Virus record (IMG/VR): IMGVR_UViG_2751185972_000002
Source of the DNA: a virus
Lineage: Duplodnaviria > Heunggongvirae > Uroviricota > Caudoviricetes
Reading direction: 5' to 3' (one strand)
Length of the DNA stretch: 15,370 nt
The position numbers and the translations under genes were made by a program. This document shows, in pieces, positions 15,044 through 15,370 of the stretch (position 1 is the stretch's first letter; each line of letters begins with the position of its first letter). Under the pieces are notes generated by a model. It was given only the letters and a program-made list of their open reading frames with translations, was not told the DNA's origin and did not search any database.

Positions 15044-15370
15044 ACAGGATGACTAAAAATACTCGTTTTTCCCCCGAAGTCCGTCAGAGGGCGATTCGTA
15101 TGGTTCTGGAAAGTCAGGGCGAATATGACTCACAGTGGGCGGCAATTTGTTCCATTGCCCCAAAGATTGGCTGTACACCGGAGACTCTGCGTGTCTGGGT
15201 ACGCCAGCATGAGCGGGATACCGGAGGCGGTGATGGCGGGCTCACCACCGCTGAACGTCAGCGTCTGAAAGAGCTGGAACGTGAAAATTGTGAACTGCGC
15301 CGCAGTAACGATATCCTTCGCCAGGCTTCCGCTTATTTTGCGAAGGCGGAGTTCGACCGCCTCTGGAAAA
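14995..15370 (+). mobile_element. IS3-family insertion sequence (IS629/IS1203-like), left end; continues beyond the window
   Basis: Terminus begins TGAACCGCCCCGGG (IS3-family TGA... end) at 14995, exactly where P2 H homology stops. OrfA starts 54 nt inside. OrfA sequence matches IS629-group transposase OrfA by recall. Confidence 0.8.
15049..15370 (+). CDS. IS3-family transposase OrfA (helix-turn-helix / leucine-zipper subunit), 3' end cut by the window edge
   Basis: RBS AAGAGG upstream of ATG 15049. [107 protein letters not shown] matches IS629/IS1203 OrfA (recall). The window ends in the A-run where the IS3-family -1 frameshift site is expected. Confidence 0.88.
   Translation, partial: MTKNTRFSPEVRQRAIRMVLESQGEYDSQWAAICSIAPKIGCTPETLRVWVRQHERDTGGGDGGLTTAERQRLKELERENCELRRSNDILRQASAYFAKAEFDRLWK

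Noticed and set aside
1-15370. tRNA genes or attachment site
   Set aside because: No cloverleaf-like segment was apparent and the window lies in the interior of the prophage, far from the integrase end where att and tRNA would be expected; not checked by a dedicated scan.

Overview
This window is the late (morphogenesis and lysis) region of a P2-like (Peduovirus-type) prophage from an enterobacterial host, identified by gene order and by protein similarity recalled from memory; no database search was possible. Layout: an accessory locus (1..2165) next to where the P2 cos site is expected, containing a frame-disrupted ParM-like actin-type ATPase gene, a ParR-like gene and an AT-rich 196-aa ORF flanked by near-identical palindromes; then Q (portal) and P (terminase large subunit) on the minus strand; then O, N, M, L, X, holin, M15-peptidase endolysin, overlapping spanins, R, S, V, W, J, I and H on the plus strand. 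Three lesions suggest a defective prophage or homopolymer sequencing errors: a 1-nt frameshift in the ParM-like gene (T5 run), a 1-nt frameshift in capsid gene N (A7 run), and an IS3-family (IS629-like) insertion that removes the 3' end of tail fiber gene H. The most interesting part is the cos-proximal cargo locus, a known hypervariable accessory site in P2-like phages, which here carries a partition-like ParMR pair rather than old/tin-type genes. No tRNA, rRNA or CRISPR array was seen.
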